A program made the translations under genes and the position numbers. From Owenia fusiformis (lineage: Eukaryota), in the NCBI GenBank assembly GCA_903813345.2, contig CAIIXF020000001.1:22630001-22694000 (forward strand): a stretch of DNA of 64,000 nucleotides, given 5' to 3'. The notes beneath the pieces were generated by a model, which did not search any database, was not told the DNA's origin, and was given only the letters and a program-made list of their open reading frames with translations. Each line of letters opens with the position of its first letter. Position 1 is the first letter of the stretch. Below are positions 40,001 through 55,000 of the stretch, piece after piece.

Positions 40001-43000
40001 TGTATATATTGTTGACTTGTATGTTACTAGGTGGCACCATGGGATTCCCTGTATCATCTACTGCCCAAGCTACACTAGTGGCAAGTTCCCCTGTAGTGTT
40101 GTAGCTCTAAATATTACTTACTTGTATATATTGTTGACTTGTATGTTACTAGGTGGCACCATGGGATTCCCTGTATCATCTACTGCCCAAGCTACACTAG
40201 TGGCAAGTTCCCCTGTAGTGTTGTAGCTCTGGATGTTACTTACTTGTATATATTGTTGACTTGTATGTTACTAGGTGGCACCATGGGGTTCCCTGTATCA
40301 TCTACTGCCCAAGCTACACTAGTGGCAAGTTCCCCTGTAGTGTTGTAACTCTGTATATTACTTACTTGTATATATTGTTGACTTGTATGTTACTGGGTGG
40401 CACCATGGGGTTCCCTGTATCATCTACTGCCCAAGCTACACTAGTGGCAAGTTCCCCTGTAGTGTTGTAGCTCTGGATGTTGCTGCCATCTGCCTCAAGG
40501 CTCAGGTACACACCTAAAATAAAATTCAAATTAGTGTCTCATAACTTGATATGTTTTTAGGTAAAATAGGAATTAAATCATATCCAGAAAAGGATGTAAC
40601 ACAAGTGCCAGCACAAAAGTTAGCAAATTTGCATTTTGGGAAGTTGATTTATTCAGTATTGTAAAAAGGCACAAAGAAGCTAATAAGTATAAGAATAGCA
40701 TGGCAATTTTTACTCCATTCAGTTTTGTTCTGAAATCATCATGATGCAACCCAATCGACAAAGCATCAACATTCAAAATATCACCACCTGCCATTTGTTA
40801 CAGATGCCAAACGAGTCAAAGACTATAACAATATGTCACCACTTCTGGTAGGGACATAGACATAACAATATTTGATGTCAAACAAATAAACAAAACATTG
40901 AGCAAACAGGCAGACTCCTAAAAGAACAGCCAGCATTATTACATATATACCATCAACCAATGTGGCCATATAAACTCACCACTACCAACACCCTCGTGGC
41001 TATGTTGAACTCTTTGGTCAGTACTGAACTCTATCTCTTCAAGCTGAGCTGTTTCTGTTGTAACAGTCCCTTCAGGTATTGGCACAAACAACTCAGCTAT
41101 CATATGTGAAGTTATACCTCGGCTCTCAAATATCTGAAAATACAAAAATTGGAGAAGTATTGTTTAATGTTGCATTCATAGTGGGTATGCTAATGTATAT
41201 ATTAGAAATGTGAATGAAATACTTGCAGAGCTTTCATTGTGACGACAATTAGCAGAAGTACATAGGGCCAAGATTATATTTTTAGTAGATCCTTATTTCC
41301 CCTTTCCAATGGTATATTGAATCCCTGAGGCAAATATCTTGTCTGCTCTAAAGCCACTTATGGGAGATCTAAATCTGAATAACATTTCCTCTTGTAAAAT
41401 TTCACTTCATTATCTCATTGTAGCTTCTTTCAAAACAATCCACTGGATTAACAGATTTTAACTTCAATATGGTTCCCATGATAATATCCATACATAGTAG
41501 AGACTTCAATCATGACATCATATAACAATTCTTGGAATATGGTACATTATGACCTGTGATATTCATTTTGGCATATCTTGCCTTTTAAACAACTAAACGA
41601 GCACTCGGTGACTGAGCCTTTGGATCTTGTTATTGTGTCTTGTGTCCAACAACTATGCGCATCAAACAATGGAAGCTCAGTGTAATAAAAGTAAAACGAG
41701 GCACATGACGTGAATGAGATCACACCATCAAAAACCTTCAAAATGGCTGCCAGAAAACAATGGTGTGATAAAAAGATATATATCTACTTGGGATAACAAT
41801 TGAGGCCAAGTTGACATTTTCAGAGGCCTCGACTATGGGTAGGAGAAAGCTGCATTTTTTGTTAATTTGAATTAATTTCAGAATAAAAAATGATTCAATG
41901 CGAAAACTACACACGAGTGTATAACAACATAAGGGACTCTAAAGACTATTTTAGATGACAATAAATTGATCAAGATTAATGACACATTCCAACATGCAAT
42001 CTAATCAATTTAACTCTTTCATCTAAGTGGAAAAATATTATTTTTTCATTATATCCTAATTCAATTTCAAATAATGACATTCAAATTGTTTCCTATGAAT
42101 AATTCAGATGGAAACAATCAATCAACAACAAATCCTCTACAAAAGGTACCCATTTTACCGGTACTTTAAGCATAGAGACTGAAAGCTACATTTTTCCGAA
42201 ATTAGCCATTGGCCCTGCAAACAGCTATGATAACTACACCTCAATATACTATTATCTATAGTAATGTACAACTTATAACATTTGATGGATGCTGAGGATA
42301 TATCACAATGATATTTGAAAGACAAAAGCATTAAATACTTCACAGAAATATCCAGAGAGCTCTAAGTGATTCGATGGATTATATAGCAATATATTCTTCT
42401 CTTTAAATCCATTGGGAATGTAGCCACAAATCATACAAACTGAGGGTATATTGACTTTGACCCATTGACCAGTCAGGCTAAAATATGGCATAGATTTGAA
42501 TAATCAGTATTATGGTATATAGATTATGGGGCCACGTGATCTAGGATTGGCTGTGAATGGGGGATGATCATTATGAAGCACTCTGTATAGTAAGAGTTTA
42601 ATGCATACAAGTTCATTGAATTGAAGATACATGAGCTCAAACAGAGCAAGCTGTTAAAGGAGACCACATATGCAAGTGTAGGAGACAGAACTATCATCAG
42701 AACTAATATAATTCACAATGAATTCTACAACGAATGGAAACACTAGTTCAGTCTTAACTGATGTTTTAACGAATACAACAGATTTAGATCCTTTGTTGAA
42801 CGATACAGAACATGATGGCAACATTGACATTTACTGCAGATATGGTTATATTTTGAAAGAGTATTTGGACGGATATTCTAATTTTATAACAATATTATAC
42901 ATCATTTCATGCATTATGACACTGCTTGGAATGGCTGGGAATATCTTATCAATCGTTGTGATGTCAAAATATGCTAAGAAAACATCTAGGATTATTTTGC

Positions 43001-46000
43001 TACAAACACTCGCTGCAGTTGACTCTATTGTATTAATATCTATGAATGTAGTTGTCACACTATCTGGTTTTTCACAGTTTTCTGACAGTGTTCCAGTACA
43101 TGCAAAATGGCCCCATGATTTCCTCAATGTCGTACCATACATTTTCGTATTGGGACCAATTTCGGTCACGCTCTCAGAGTGGATGATAGTTCTCGTAACG
43201 GTGGACCGATACATCCACATATGTAAACCTCTATTGGCAAAATCATTGATGACTTTGAAAAAGGCGAAAGTGTTTATTATAATTACAGTGGTCTGTGCTG
43301 TCATATACAATATTCCAGTATGGATCGACGGCTCATACCCACCTAAAGTAGCGGAAACATATTGTGGACTATATGCATATTTAAGATCTAGATTTCAGGA
43401 TGTTAAACTCTTTAATATAATTTACTATTGCATAGGCAATGCAGTCTTCCGATATACAGGACCATGGGTTACAGTATTGGTGCTGAACATTAAGATGATA
43501 AAAGCCTTTAGAAAAAACCAAGACACTGCCAATTCAAATAAACAACAAAAAGAAGATAAAAAATTCACAATTCAACTTATAGTGATCATATTCTACTTTG
43601 TTTTTGTATCAATTTTGTTCAATGTGGGCATTATTATACACACAATCTATCTATACACAGAATTTAATATAACGAAATGGAAAGAAGTTAAACGTTTTGT
43701 ACTGGCCACTGCAAATGTTTTTCTTGCCAGCAATTCTGCCATAAACTTTTTAGTATACTTTTTGATAGGGAAAACATTTAGAAACAAACTCGTGCAAACC
43801 TTAAAATGTTGCTAGACTTTTAAAATAAAAGTCAATTTTCAAGCAATTAAGAGGAATAATAACATTCGCTGTTAAACATACAAACATATAATTTACTGTG
43901 CACACAGAACTTTGTTTCCAAATGTACATTGAAAATGCAGCTCCTTGAATGATAATTCCAAATAGGAGGTTGTAAGGTCACCCATGGCATATGTCATATT
44001 TCTCAATGAGTACATTAAGATGCTTCAAACAATAGAAGGGATTTCTGGATTTCTGTAGCTCAGTGGTAGAGCACTTGCCCGGAAAGCGAGGGAGTGTGGG
44101 TTCAATTCCCACTGGGGTGGACTGACTTTTTCACAACAGCCCTTAGCACAGGATTTCATTCTGTGTTTTCATTAACTTGCCAAATGCTTCTGTATTTCAC
44201 AATACAGATAAACCTTTTTTATATGCAAATGAACTTGATATGCTATGGCAGCATAATATAAAGCAAGATGGATAAACGGTTGAAACATATTATGATGGGA
44301 ACATTCCAAGATATCTAAAACATATAATACAGGGGTTTCACTAGAATTTCTCACAACAGGCTAAATCAATGGAAACAACAGTAAAAAAACAGGCAAAATT
44401 AATAGAAATTATAAATTAAACATGGAAACGTTGAAACATTGTTGCTAACAAAACCCCTGTAATATATGAGGTACATTAACCTGGGCAACTAAAAGATATG
44501 TTATTAGTCTAGGTTTTGGATATGTATGGTTAGCCCTATGAGTTGGAAATGAAAATCTATTTTATCAAATTTTATACAATGATTGAGTAATTGTGAATAT
44601 CAGAACTGGTTAACCTGCTCAAAATTCAACAAAGCTCCAACATTATTTATAAAACCAAGTTAGAGTGAAATATATTTATCTTGTATTATCTTATCTTGTA
44701 TATAGCTCAAACACTTTCAAGCTATTACTTTGTAAATACTGCTTTACATGTTTATATGTTAATTGTATATGGTTTCGATTTGGGCCATAATTTGTTTTAT
44801 TTCATCATGTTGTAATTCAATGCAATTGCAAAAGTTAAATAAGAAGGCATTACATTTTGAAGGTCATTGAACACTACATACCTTGCATTTGGTGTTCATG
44901 AACAACCCATTTGGCTTATTAGTAATGATTGTGTTATTTGTTTTTATGTGTCTGTTCCTTATGAATGGTTTATCGGATCACCGTTAGATGTTAATAAGGT
45001 ACTTTCAAAAATATAATTAACAATACAATTAGACAGAGTATCTTATGCATTTCTAGGGGTTAGGTATAGTAGAGTGTTGAAGGTCAAACCTCAAGTAACA
45101 AGTTAGATTTGAACTTCTGAGAACTTGTAGATGATTTTGAATTAATATTTGGTCATTAAAGCAAGTTCAAAAAAGACCTTTAGTGACCTTCAATATGTTG
45201 CCAACATCACTGTGATCTAGTTTGATAACCTTGACCTCTGACCTTGAAAAGTTTACCTTTTCAGATCTCAGTAGGTATGTTGTGATAAAGCTGACTTTTT
45301 GGATCCCAAAAAATCAATTTTAGACTCTTCGAAGGTGACTGAAGGTCAACCAAAGGTCAAATGTCAAAATCAGGTCAATTCTGGACTTCTGAGAACTTAT
45401 AGATGATTGTTTAAAAATGGTCAATTAGCCATTGAAACAGATATTGGCAGAAATGTGCTGGATTTCACAACATGTTTATACATATTGGCAGTAAATATTT
45501 AAAGTCAGTCAAAACAGTATTTGTTATGTTATTGGAAGTTGTAAGAATCTGTTACAGATGCAGACCACCGAACAACATCAGCAAAAGTTCTGGAGACAAT
45601 ATGTCACCACATAATAAGAGGGACACATCCCTGAACTTTTTAGCATTATATGTTCACTCGGGATTTTAAAATAACAAAGGGCCTGAACAGAGGGATGTGT
45701 ATTTCTGGCAATAGGGTTAGATGTATTTTGTGGGTAATGGTGCTTGGGCAAAATGAAAAATGATCCAAAATAACATTAACAGAAAGTAATTTTAATGTTT
45801 AATCAGACTTGGCTGACAAAAACTAAAAATTAAAAATATTTCAATTGATAAATCTGAAAGTCTAATAATGAGTGTTTTGGTAAGATCATATAATAAATAT
45901 TTGTCTAGGCCTACAGGAATGTTGCCCAAGTTGAGACTTAGACTCAACCAGTGTCATCTATAGTTGTGGTCAGCCTAACAACCCACTAGCATTAAAACAA

Positions 46001-49000
46001 GTTGGTGCAGCACCCAACTGAGATTTTAAAATAAGCCTTGCACCCACCTGAAAATCCATTTGTACCCACTTGAAAATGAGAAATATCATGAAAAATTGGC
46101 ATATTTTGACCAATTTTGGTCTGAATTGTGAAAATCAGAATTTTGCACCCACTTGAGAAAAAATCCTGTGGAGATCACTGCAATTATTGTACTTACCTGT
46201 ATCTTGATAGACTCTGGCCATTGCACAATCAGAATGTTGAAGATCTGAGCAAAGTTCACTTTAAATTCTTGGCCTAGAGGTCTACAATGATGAAACACAT
46301 CAAATGATATAATAAGAAAAGAATGCTAGCCTGTAAAGTAAAAAAAAACTCTCAATGATATGATGAAATGATCAAGGAGAATTTAGAAGTGCAAGAGCAA
46401 AACCATTTGCATAAGATTGACTTAAAACTGACTGCTTATTTTGTTGATCTGAAACAAACAATTTTTTGGCTTCTATTTTCTGAAATAGCAACGAAATTCT
46501 TGTTCAATTACAACAGAGTAAATAAAAATGTATGTGGAATGTGGAATACTGGAAAATGTGAATATCATACACATGAAAGAACAGTAAACCCATTATCATA
46601 ACAAGAGGACAATTGAGTCATTACCACTGATCAGTTTCAAGCGAAGTTTCACGCACGATATGTGAACAAATTATCAAATTCCATAGTTCCCATGTCATAT
46701 GAGCCTCAGTCTGGTTCAAATATCAAAGCATTACCTTAACTATAAAGTAGTTTAATTCAACAAAAATTAAAAATATCAAAATTGAAAATTACCATCTGCC
46801 ATCTTAGATGCAAAGGTTATGGCCATTACCTTCGCTTGATACTGACCAGTGATAATGATTGTTTGTGCATATTTGTGATTTACATTTCCATATTACCTAA
46901 ACAACATATTTGAATTTATGTTGACACTTACTTTACAGTTGTCCTTGAGACTTCTTTGTTATTGAATAGCACCTTGACGAACACCTTACTTCTATCAACC
47001 TCATCTCTCCTAGCTTGTTCTCCCCTAGAGGTAATAATACATATTGTAAGTACATCAATATGAATATTCAACTGTGATTGGTCAAGAAAAGGGCAATAAT
47101 TCTGATTATTGATCATTCACTGTCAAAACTAGAAAACCTGAGAATTCCAAAGTTATAGTTACAAATCCTAATGAAGGAAATATAGTTTCTCTTATTAAAA
47201 AGTTTTGGGCTATTTTCAAGATTCTTTAATATATTTTGAATATCTCGCAGGGAGCTGGGAAAGTGGTTCTTACCTTGGACATTGAGTCTTGGGAGTGATT
47301 GTAGCACCATATGACAATTCAGGATGCAGCTTGTGCTCACCTAAAAGTATATATGACCATATAGATTTTTATAGTTTTAAAGAATCTCCTATAGTAAAAC
47401 TTGATCTGCATACAGATGAATTAATAACTAAACATTCCATTGGCTAAAAATTTGGTACAATGTCTAACTGGTGAGATGTAACAAACACACTTATGACACA
47501 CTGAACTATATTTTGGTCTAACTAAAACTACACACTGATGATACTTTCATTTATCAGATGTGAAACTTAAAATACATTCTGGTAAAACACACTGGTGAAA
47601 CTTAAACTTCATACTGGCAAAACTTAAACTATACACACTGATTAAAATTGAACTACACAGGTGAAATTCAAACTACACACTGGTGAAAATTAAACTACAC
47701 AAGCTAAAAAATGGGTTAATTCAAATAACACTGGCGAAAACTAACTACACACTGGAGAAAATCAAAGTACCCATTGATGAAAATTAAACTATCCACTAGT
47801 GAAAATAGAACAACACAGGTGAAATTCAAACTACACACTGGTGAAAACTAGCTTCACATAAGTGAAATAACTACATATGATGTAATCTACCTGGCCTCCT
47901 ACGTATCTGAAGAGCCTTCTCCTTCACCTTGGCTCTACAGGACTCAGCATCAAACTTTGCTGGAGCCTCTGGCTTTGGCAAGTCTTCCTCATCAAGCAGC
48001 TTTTCATCTGCTTGTCTCTGTTGCTGGAACATATCACAAATACCACATATAGTATAGACTATAAAGTACCTTGAAATAGTTTTTGCAATATGAACTTAAT
48101 TACTATTGTCTAGAGTCAAAGAGCCTATCCTTTTTAATGGTGGGCTAGTGGTTAAATATTACACACAGAATTAAGATGGAAACTTACATAGAGAACTTTG
48201 TCATATAGTCAAAGTGTTTTAGGTGCAACCAGTGCAATCACATAGACCTTTAAACATGCCTCACCATGCAAGTTAAATATGTTGAAGGGTTATATATTGA
48301 AACTATTATGTCAAACTCACCTCGTTTTCCGCATTTTCTTCTGCATCCTCATTTTCCTCGTCACCTCTCTTATTCAGTAACTTTCTTCTTCGAAGAGCTG
48401 CTTTCTGAAATAATTGAAAAAGAATGAGAAAAATAAAGGAAAATAACACATAAAGCCCCAGTCACATTTGCTCTATGACGGCCAAAGCAGAATGAATATA
48501 GAAAATCTACAGCGTACTGCTTATCCCTATATTTTAGGAGTATTTCAAAAGAATGAAAGATTGATATCAGAAAATTAACTGTTTTTGAACAGCAAGGGAG
48601 AGGGGGTCATTAGTCAGCTTTCCCATATCATTCCTAGGAATTTTAGTAGTGAATGCTTTTTGCGTTCAGTGCACCTCCAATAGGAAATTTCTTCAATTAT
48701 TTAAATTATACTGAAAAAAGAACTTTTTAAAGCCTATCTATGTCAATCCAAGTAACAAATACAAACATTTTGTCAATAGGGCCAGTCTGGTCTAGTTCGA
48801 AAAGACTGATATACAGGGTGTGCCAAAAAATTTTGCAACTTTTTTAAAAGGCTAGAAAAGTATCATAACATTAACATTCTCTATTTGGTCAACTGGCAAA
48901 GTTGTATACTGATAATGAAAACCATATTTTTTTCCAAATTTTTTCAAAAGTAGTGGTCAACAGTACCTAGTAGCAGTTAACAGTACTTAGTAGCAGTCAA

Positions 49001-52000
49001 CAGTACATATTGTTCCCTTTTAATTAACCAATCAGAATTGAGTATTTCAGCTGAGGTACTAACAATTCTGGTTGTATCATTCAAGTAATATTGCAGTAAT
49101 CCCATTAAACTGAACACAATATGCTTGACATTTTAAATAAATGTTGATGATGTTTTTACAGCTCTTTGAAAACTGAGCAGTGAAAAAATTAAGCAATGAA
49201 TGTTGAATCACCAAGGTTCCAGACCATTATTAAATGCCACTTCACCTTTCTAGCTTGATACTAAGTGAGCCCTAGAGGCCTACACCATAAATATTTAAAA
49301 TGTTTTAACAACATTTATAGTCAGTTATGATAAAGTATGGTGATATTTTGTTTTCAGACAGAGAATAATATCCATCAAGGAAATAGGAGCTCTTTACTAT
49401 AATCATCCAAATTACTCTTATCTGTATGAGACCCTATGAATAAAATGTCATGTCTGTCATATTGTTCCATTTTAGAAAGGAAACGATAATAGATTGGATT
49501 GAAACTTGAGATAATATTTTTGTCAAAAATGTATGCATCTACAAAATGTTAATAATTGTTTATGAGTCTTGGCTCTAGTAGAATGGGATTAAAATCATAT
49601 CATGAGTAAATCATAGGATGTTCTTTTTATTCCATAGTTAAAGTCATCATCAGAATCGTCGGAAATTAAGTGATTTAATTCGAATTTTCCAAACGATCTG
49701 GTGATGTTGACACTTAGCCTCATTTTGAGTCTGAAGTAGCAAAAATCAATAATTCATAGCATACGGTGCCATATGTCATGGCTCAAACACCATATGCTAT
49801 GGTTAAGTGAAAAGTCAAAAATATCATATTTTACCACACTACAAAACCAAGGCTTGCTTGATTACCAAGGCTTGCTCTAGCTACTCCTTCGAATTGTATT
49901 GTAAAGGCCTCTCTAGGAATCATCAATTTTGAGTTTTAATACTCATAAAAATGAATTAAATCATACTTGCAAATTAACTATGAAAAACCCATACAGATCT
50001 GAAAACTATTGAAACTTGGTTGAGTAAGAATACTAAAAATAGAAAACAAAATTAAATAGTTAACATACTGTATTTAATAATTAAATTAGTTTTCATCAAA
50101 CTTAATTTTGTTTCTGGGAGAAAATCAATACAGCTGATGAAATCAAGCTAAAAATAACTTTGCAAATCTATGAGTTTTGATTGACAGGTCTATTTTTGCA
50201 CTTTCCATATTTGGGTGAAATTGATGAGCTGTGTTATGAATTCAAGGTCAGGCTGATCTGGTCACTCTCTAAGGACATTTTAAAAGGTTATAATGAAAAC
50301 ACGCGCTACGCGCTAACGCGCTAGCGCACTAACGCACTGTTCAGAATGATCGTTCCCACAGGCCCGGGAACATGTATAAAAATCGAGTGAGTGAAGAGAT
50401 TAGGTGGCTCATCAGAAAGCAGAAGTATGAAGAAGCCCAATGTTTGATCGTTAACTGTGCAAAGATTATCGATTGTCAGTGTGTTTTATCTGATTTAAAA
50501 GGAAGATAGAAAGTAGCACCTTACAAGATGAATGGTCGCAAATATGCGAATATGCTCCCTATTTCATTGCATTATTTGGGTCCATCCATCGGCGAGAAAA
50601 ATCCCGTTTCGAAATCTGCATGTTACCTCTTAATATCAAGTCATCGATGTTTTATATATCTTTACTCTTTGTATTTGAAGTTATATCTCACATGACTTAC
50701 CAAACGGTGGGATAATTCAGGCGTCGCATTTATATTTTTCCATTTTTCTTTTCGTGTCCGGTTACTCTCTTTCGCTTTCACGGGGGGGGGGGGGGGGGGG
50801 GGTGTATAGGGTTATCGTATAAGAGGAGGGTGAAAATCTATTGTGTATGGCCGCATAAGAGGGTCAACATTTATCGTATATGGCATCGTATAAGTTAAAT
50901 AAACATATGTTTTAAAAGAATTAAAGAAGCCTATTATGAAATTTAAAGGCAGTTTGAACGAATACTGCAGATCCAGCTGATCCCCACTATATTTGGGATT
51001 TCAATACACAAGTAGTTGTGGGGGCTTGCCCGTAGCCAGCTTTTTTCCAGGGGAAGCTTTTTCACAATTTTGGCTAATAATCATGAAAAAAATTCTCAGA
51101 ATGGTGAAAAACTGCATGATTTTGAAAGAATCTCTGGCCAGAGGGGGAGCTCCGCTCCCCCAGCTCCCCCCCTGGCTACGGGCCTGGTTGTGGGGGTGAT
51201 TTGAAAAATCAGTCCCACATTTATGGGGGTAATCCAGATCTCTATATAGTAGTCTCTATATGCCATATGCCAGGACAGTAACCAGGATTTCCCAGGGGGG
51301 GGGTCACTTTTTCAAAAATTCCAAAGTCACCTTCCGAACCCCCCTGGCTTCGGGGCTGTGTACCGCCTATTTGCCGTATGATTATACAATTGGTACTACG
51401 TGGATTCTTGCATTATGTTATTTCCTTCTGAATATTATCCAAACTTTTCTCAACGGTAATTTCAAAATTATCGTACAGATATATTATTTACCCGACCTTT
51501 TTGTAAAATATGTGAAAAATAGTGTATATGGATTTCCAAGACCCCTATGAACCCCCCTTTCATGTTTGCTTTCGTTTTTCTCAATTTGATTTTAGATTTA
51601 AAAAGTTTTGAATTACATCAGTCCCAGTGAATTGTATTACCTATTTTACCAGGAATATTGTTGAAAACAGGATTGTATTTCATTTGGACCAGCGTGTTTT
51701 ATCATTGTCCGGTAATTGGCCGTAAATATTTATTAATTCTAAGTTACTCATGTTCTTTCAGGTCAAATACAGAGAAAAGTACACGTTCATTTAGTTTTGG
51801 AATTATTTCCTAAATTGAAGTTGAATTCTGTTTTTTAACGGTGTGAAGAACATCTTAATTGGTCTTATATTTTTAGAGAAATCGTAACTTGAAAAGTGTA
51901 ATTTTCGAGAGGCTTTGTTTATTTCCTGCGGCCGCAAAGTTCACATCAAAGTCTGATTGACAGGTTAGCGGTGATTTATACAGTCTTTGAAGTGTCAATG

Positions 52001-55000
52001 TTTTGACAAGTTCCCAGGGAGTCATAACCCTAATTATACATGTCCCTGGGCCAAGGGTATAGACCAATCATAAACATGCGCTTAAAACATGCGCATACAT
52101 CGTGGGGGAAGGATCATTTTCTATTAGCGCATTGGCGCGTGGCGCGTTAGCGCGTAGCGCGTGTTTTCATTATAACCATTTTAAAACAGACTTTTGACTG
52201 AAATTGATCAATTCTACCTTTATATTTCTAAGTTGTAACATATTTAAAGAAAAATTGTCCTTTCAAATGATTATTGGCTGTGAAATATAATTTTATTTGA
52301 GGCGTTTTTATTCATTATTATTGTCATTTCAAATGAGGTTTTTACAGTGATTTGTGGGACTATTTTGTATAAGAATTTATATTATATAACTTCTATTGAC
52401 ATCTTGTATCATAACATGATTACATTAGTCATAACTATGAAAAACTAAATATCTAAACTACAAATACTAACTAAAGCAAAAGTTCAAAAATATATACGAG
52501 ATATACAAAAACCAAAAATAAAAGGTAGTATATTGAAAAATCAATTTCACAATCTTCACAAGTTCAGGGTTTTAAGTGAGATCTAGTGCGAGAAATCATG
52601 TAAAAATAAAATATTAGGGGTTGGCTTTAATTGTGAAAAATGTAAGCAGAATTTGATAAAATATTTTTTGATTTTTTACAAGAATCTTAAAATGGCAACA
52701 AAGATGAGAGAGTGCGAAATAAGTTGAAAATTATTCTTTCAAAAATCATGCCAATAAAAATAACTGAAATATTTGATCAAATATGGAATTTAAGTTGCAC
52801 TGAAATAAGGTCAGATCTGTTTGACTTTTTAGATATAGTAAAGGTTAATTCATCTCTATTCAATGATTATGACTCAATGGTTTTACTTGCTTTTAATATA
52901 AGGCATTAAACTGTACATTACAAAACAACACCAACCTACCTTTTCTTTCCGCTGGGTTTTCCAGGCATCAAGAAGTTTTTGGTATCTCTGCATAGCTTCA
53001 TCATAGACTAGTTGCATCTCTTCCCTGACTTCTTCAACCTCCTCTTCGATCTCCTGCTTCCATTTTTCTTCATCTCCCTGCTTTCCAACATCTTCCCTAC
53101 AAGTAAGTATGTAATATGTATGCAATGGAATGAAACTTTAGACTGTCATATTTCTTACTCAAGCATTTCTTCACCATAAATAGATTTTTCATTACAACAT
53201 GTTTCCTCCGTAGAAAGTCCTGAGGATAAAAGAAATACCAATCAGACTCTTCTGAAAACAAAAAATCTTGCTACTTTTTTTCAAAATGTTGGGATTTATT
53301 TTCAAGATCTTTACTTAACATTTAATACTTCTTCAAAGGTAAAATATTGAACGTTCATTTCGGAGTTTCAATTTGGTGACCAAATCTTGTACAAGCTGAA
53401 ACAATGGACAGAATAGGTTTTCCATCCTGGGTAAATAACAGTGAGATATCATCACATTTCAACACTTTAACCTTTTCAGAAGAAAAAAACAATGTGTAGA
53501 ACCTTCTTTTGCTTTGTTGCCATAACATACATGTCATTTTCTTTCAACTTCCCTTTTCACAAAATTCCTGATAAATATTAAAGGTGCATGAATCACTGAC
53601 TAAAAGGTCCACTAAATTTCTGTTAATTCAGTAGATATTTCGACAAATATGGGCAAAAACATGTCACCAAATGAATTTGGATTAATTTAGTAGATTTTAA
53701 ATCCTTTCAAATTTTTAATGTATTGGGCAAAACATTGTATAAATTGATATTACAAAACTATTATCAATCGTGTTACTAGTGGAAAACTGCATCATTAAAT
53801 AAAATATCTTGTTGGACTTACTTGCGTATTTGTAACTTGATACTTGTATTTGTGCACCCTTGTGACTGGCGTAAAGTTTTCAACTCTTTCCATGTTGTGA
53901 TGATATTTTTTATCAAATTTCTGTCTGCTTGTTGTTCATTGTCTCTCCTCTGCCTCATTTCCCTGTAATTATTGTAAAAATAAGATAAACAACAATATAT
54001 TTCAATAAACCAAATACTATTTCCTGAAAAGATACATAACAAACATACCCATGGAAAAAAGATTAAATGATCAGCCAACCTTATTTCAGTCCTACCTTAT
54101 TTCAGCCCTACTTTATTTCAACCATATATTATTTCAATCCCACCTTATTTCAGTCCTACCTTATTTCAGCCCAACCTTATTTCAGCCCTACCATATTTCA
54201 GCCCAACCTTATTTCAGCCCTACCATATTTCAGCCCTACCTTATTTTAGGCCTACCTTATTTCAGCCTACCTTATATCAGCCCAACCTTATTTCAGTCCC
54301 ATCTTATTTCAGCCCTACCATATTTCAGCCCCACAAGATTTCAGGCCTACCTTATTTCAGTCCTATAGTCTCTGAGTCTAGCCTCTTGTTCTTGCAAGCC
54401 AGTGACTGGTTTATCTTTGGTCTTCATTGTCTTTATGTGCTCCTCAAGATGTTGTGTAGAAATCTTTAAAGCTGTGAGCTGAAACGAGTAAAGAAATGCT
54501 ATAGAAGATCTGGATGGTCCATGGATTCCACAGAATACTAGGTTGGTTTTACCTTACAATATGATTCAACATGTTTTACTTTCATCCATCCTCTTTCACT
54601 GTAGCTGCCTCCATATTTAAAGAATTATTAAAAAAATCATGAATAATGAACCAAAAGTGGTTAAAGAGGTTGGATGGATAAAATGATGAAGGCGAAAAGA
54701 AAGAGTAGATTGGTGACTTTCATCTATATTGTGGATGTCAATAGGGAAAGTGAAACACATTTTGAAGGAATCGTTCTAATATTAGGTTCACAAAATGGGG
54801 TTGAGATAGAGGTCTATAGGGTGGATGTTGAAAATGACAACACACAACAACCAATCAACATTACACAAATTCAAAGCAAGTACAAATGACGCACGTACAT
54901 ACAAGATGCAATTTCATCTTAGTGATCTTTAGCATTCTGTCTTATTTAGGTGTTCACCATGTTAGCAAAATGATCCAATAATAGAAGAACTGAGAACTGA

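Noticed and set aside
39526-40470. Series of ~69-aa + strand ORFs
   Set aside because: Antisense translations of the 122-bp exon-derived repeat.
42846-43310. 154-aa minus-strand ORF
   Set aside because: Antisense shadow of the GPCR CDS.
48811-48845. Tc1-like terminus TACAGGGTGTGCCAAAAAA
   Set aside because: No matching opposite TIR could be identified by eye.
54051-54368. ORFs rich in QPYFSPTLF repeats
   Set aside because: Translation of the 16-bp minisatellite.
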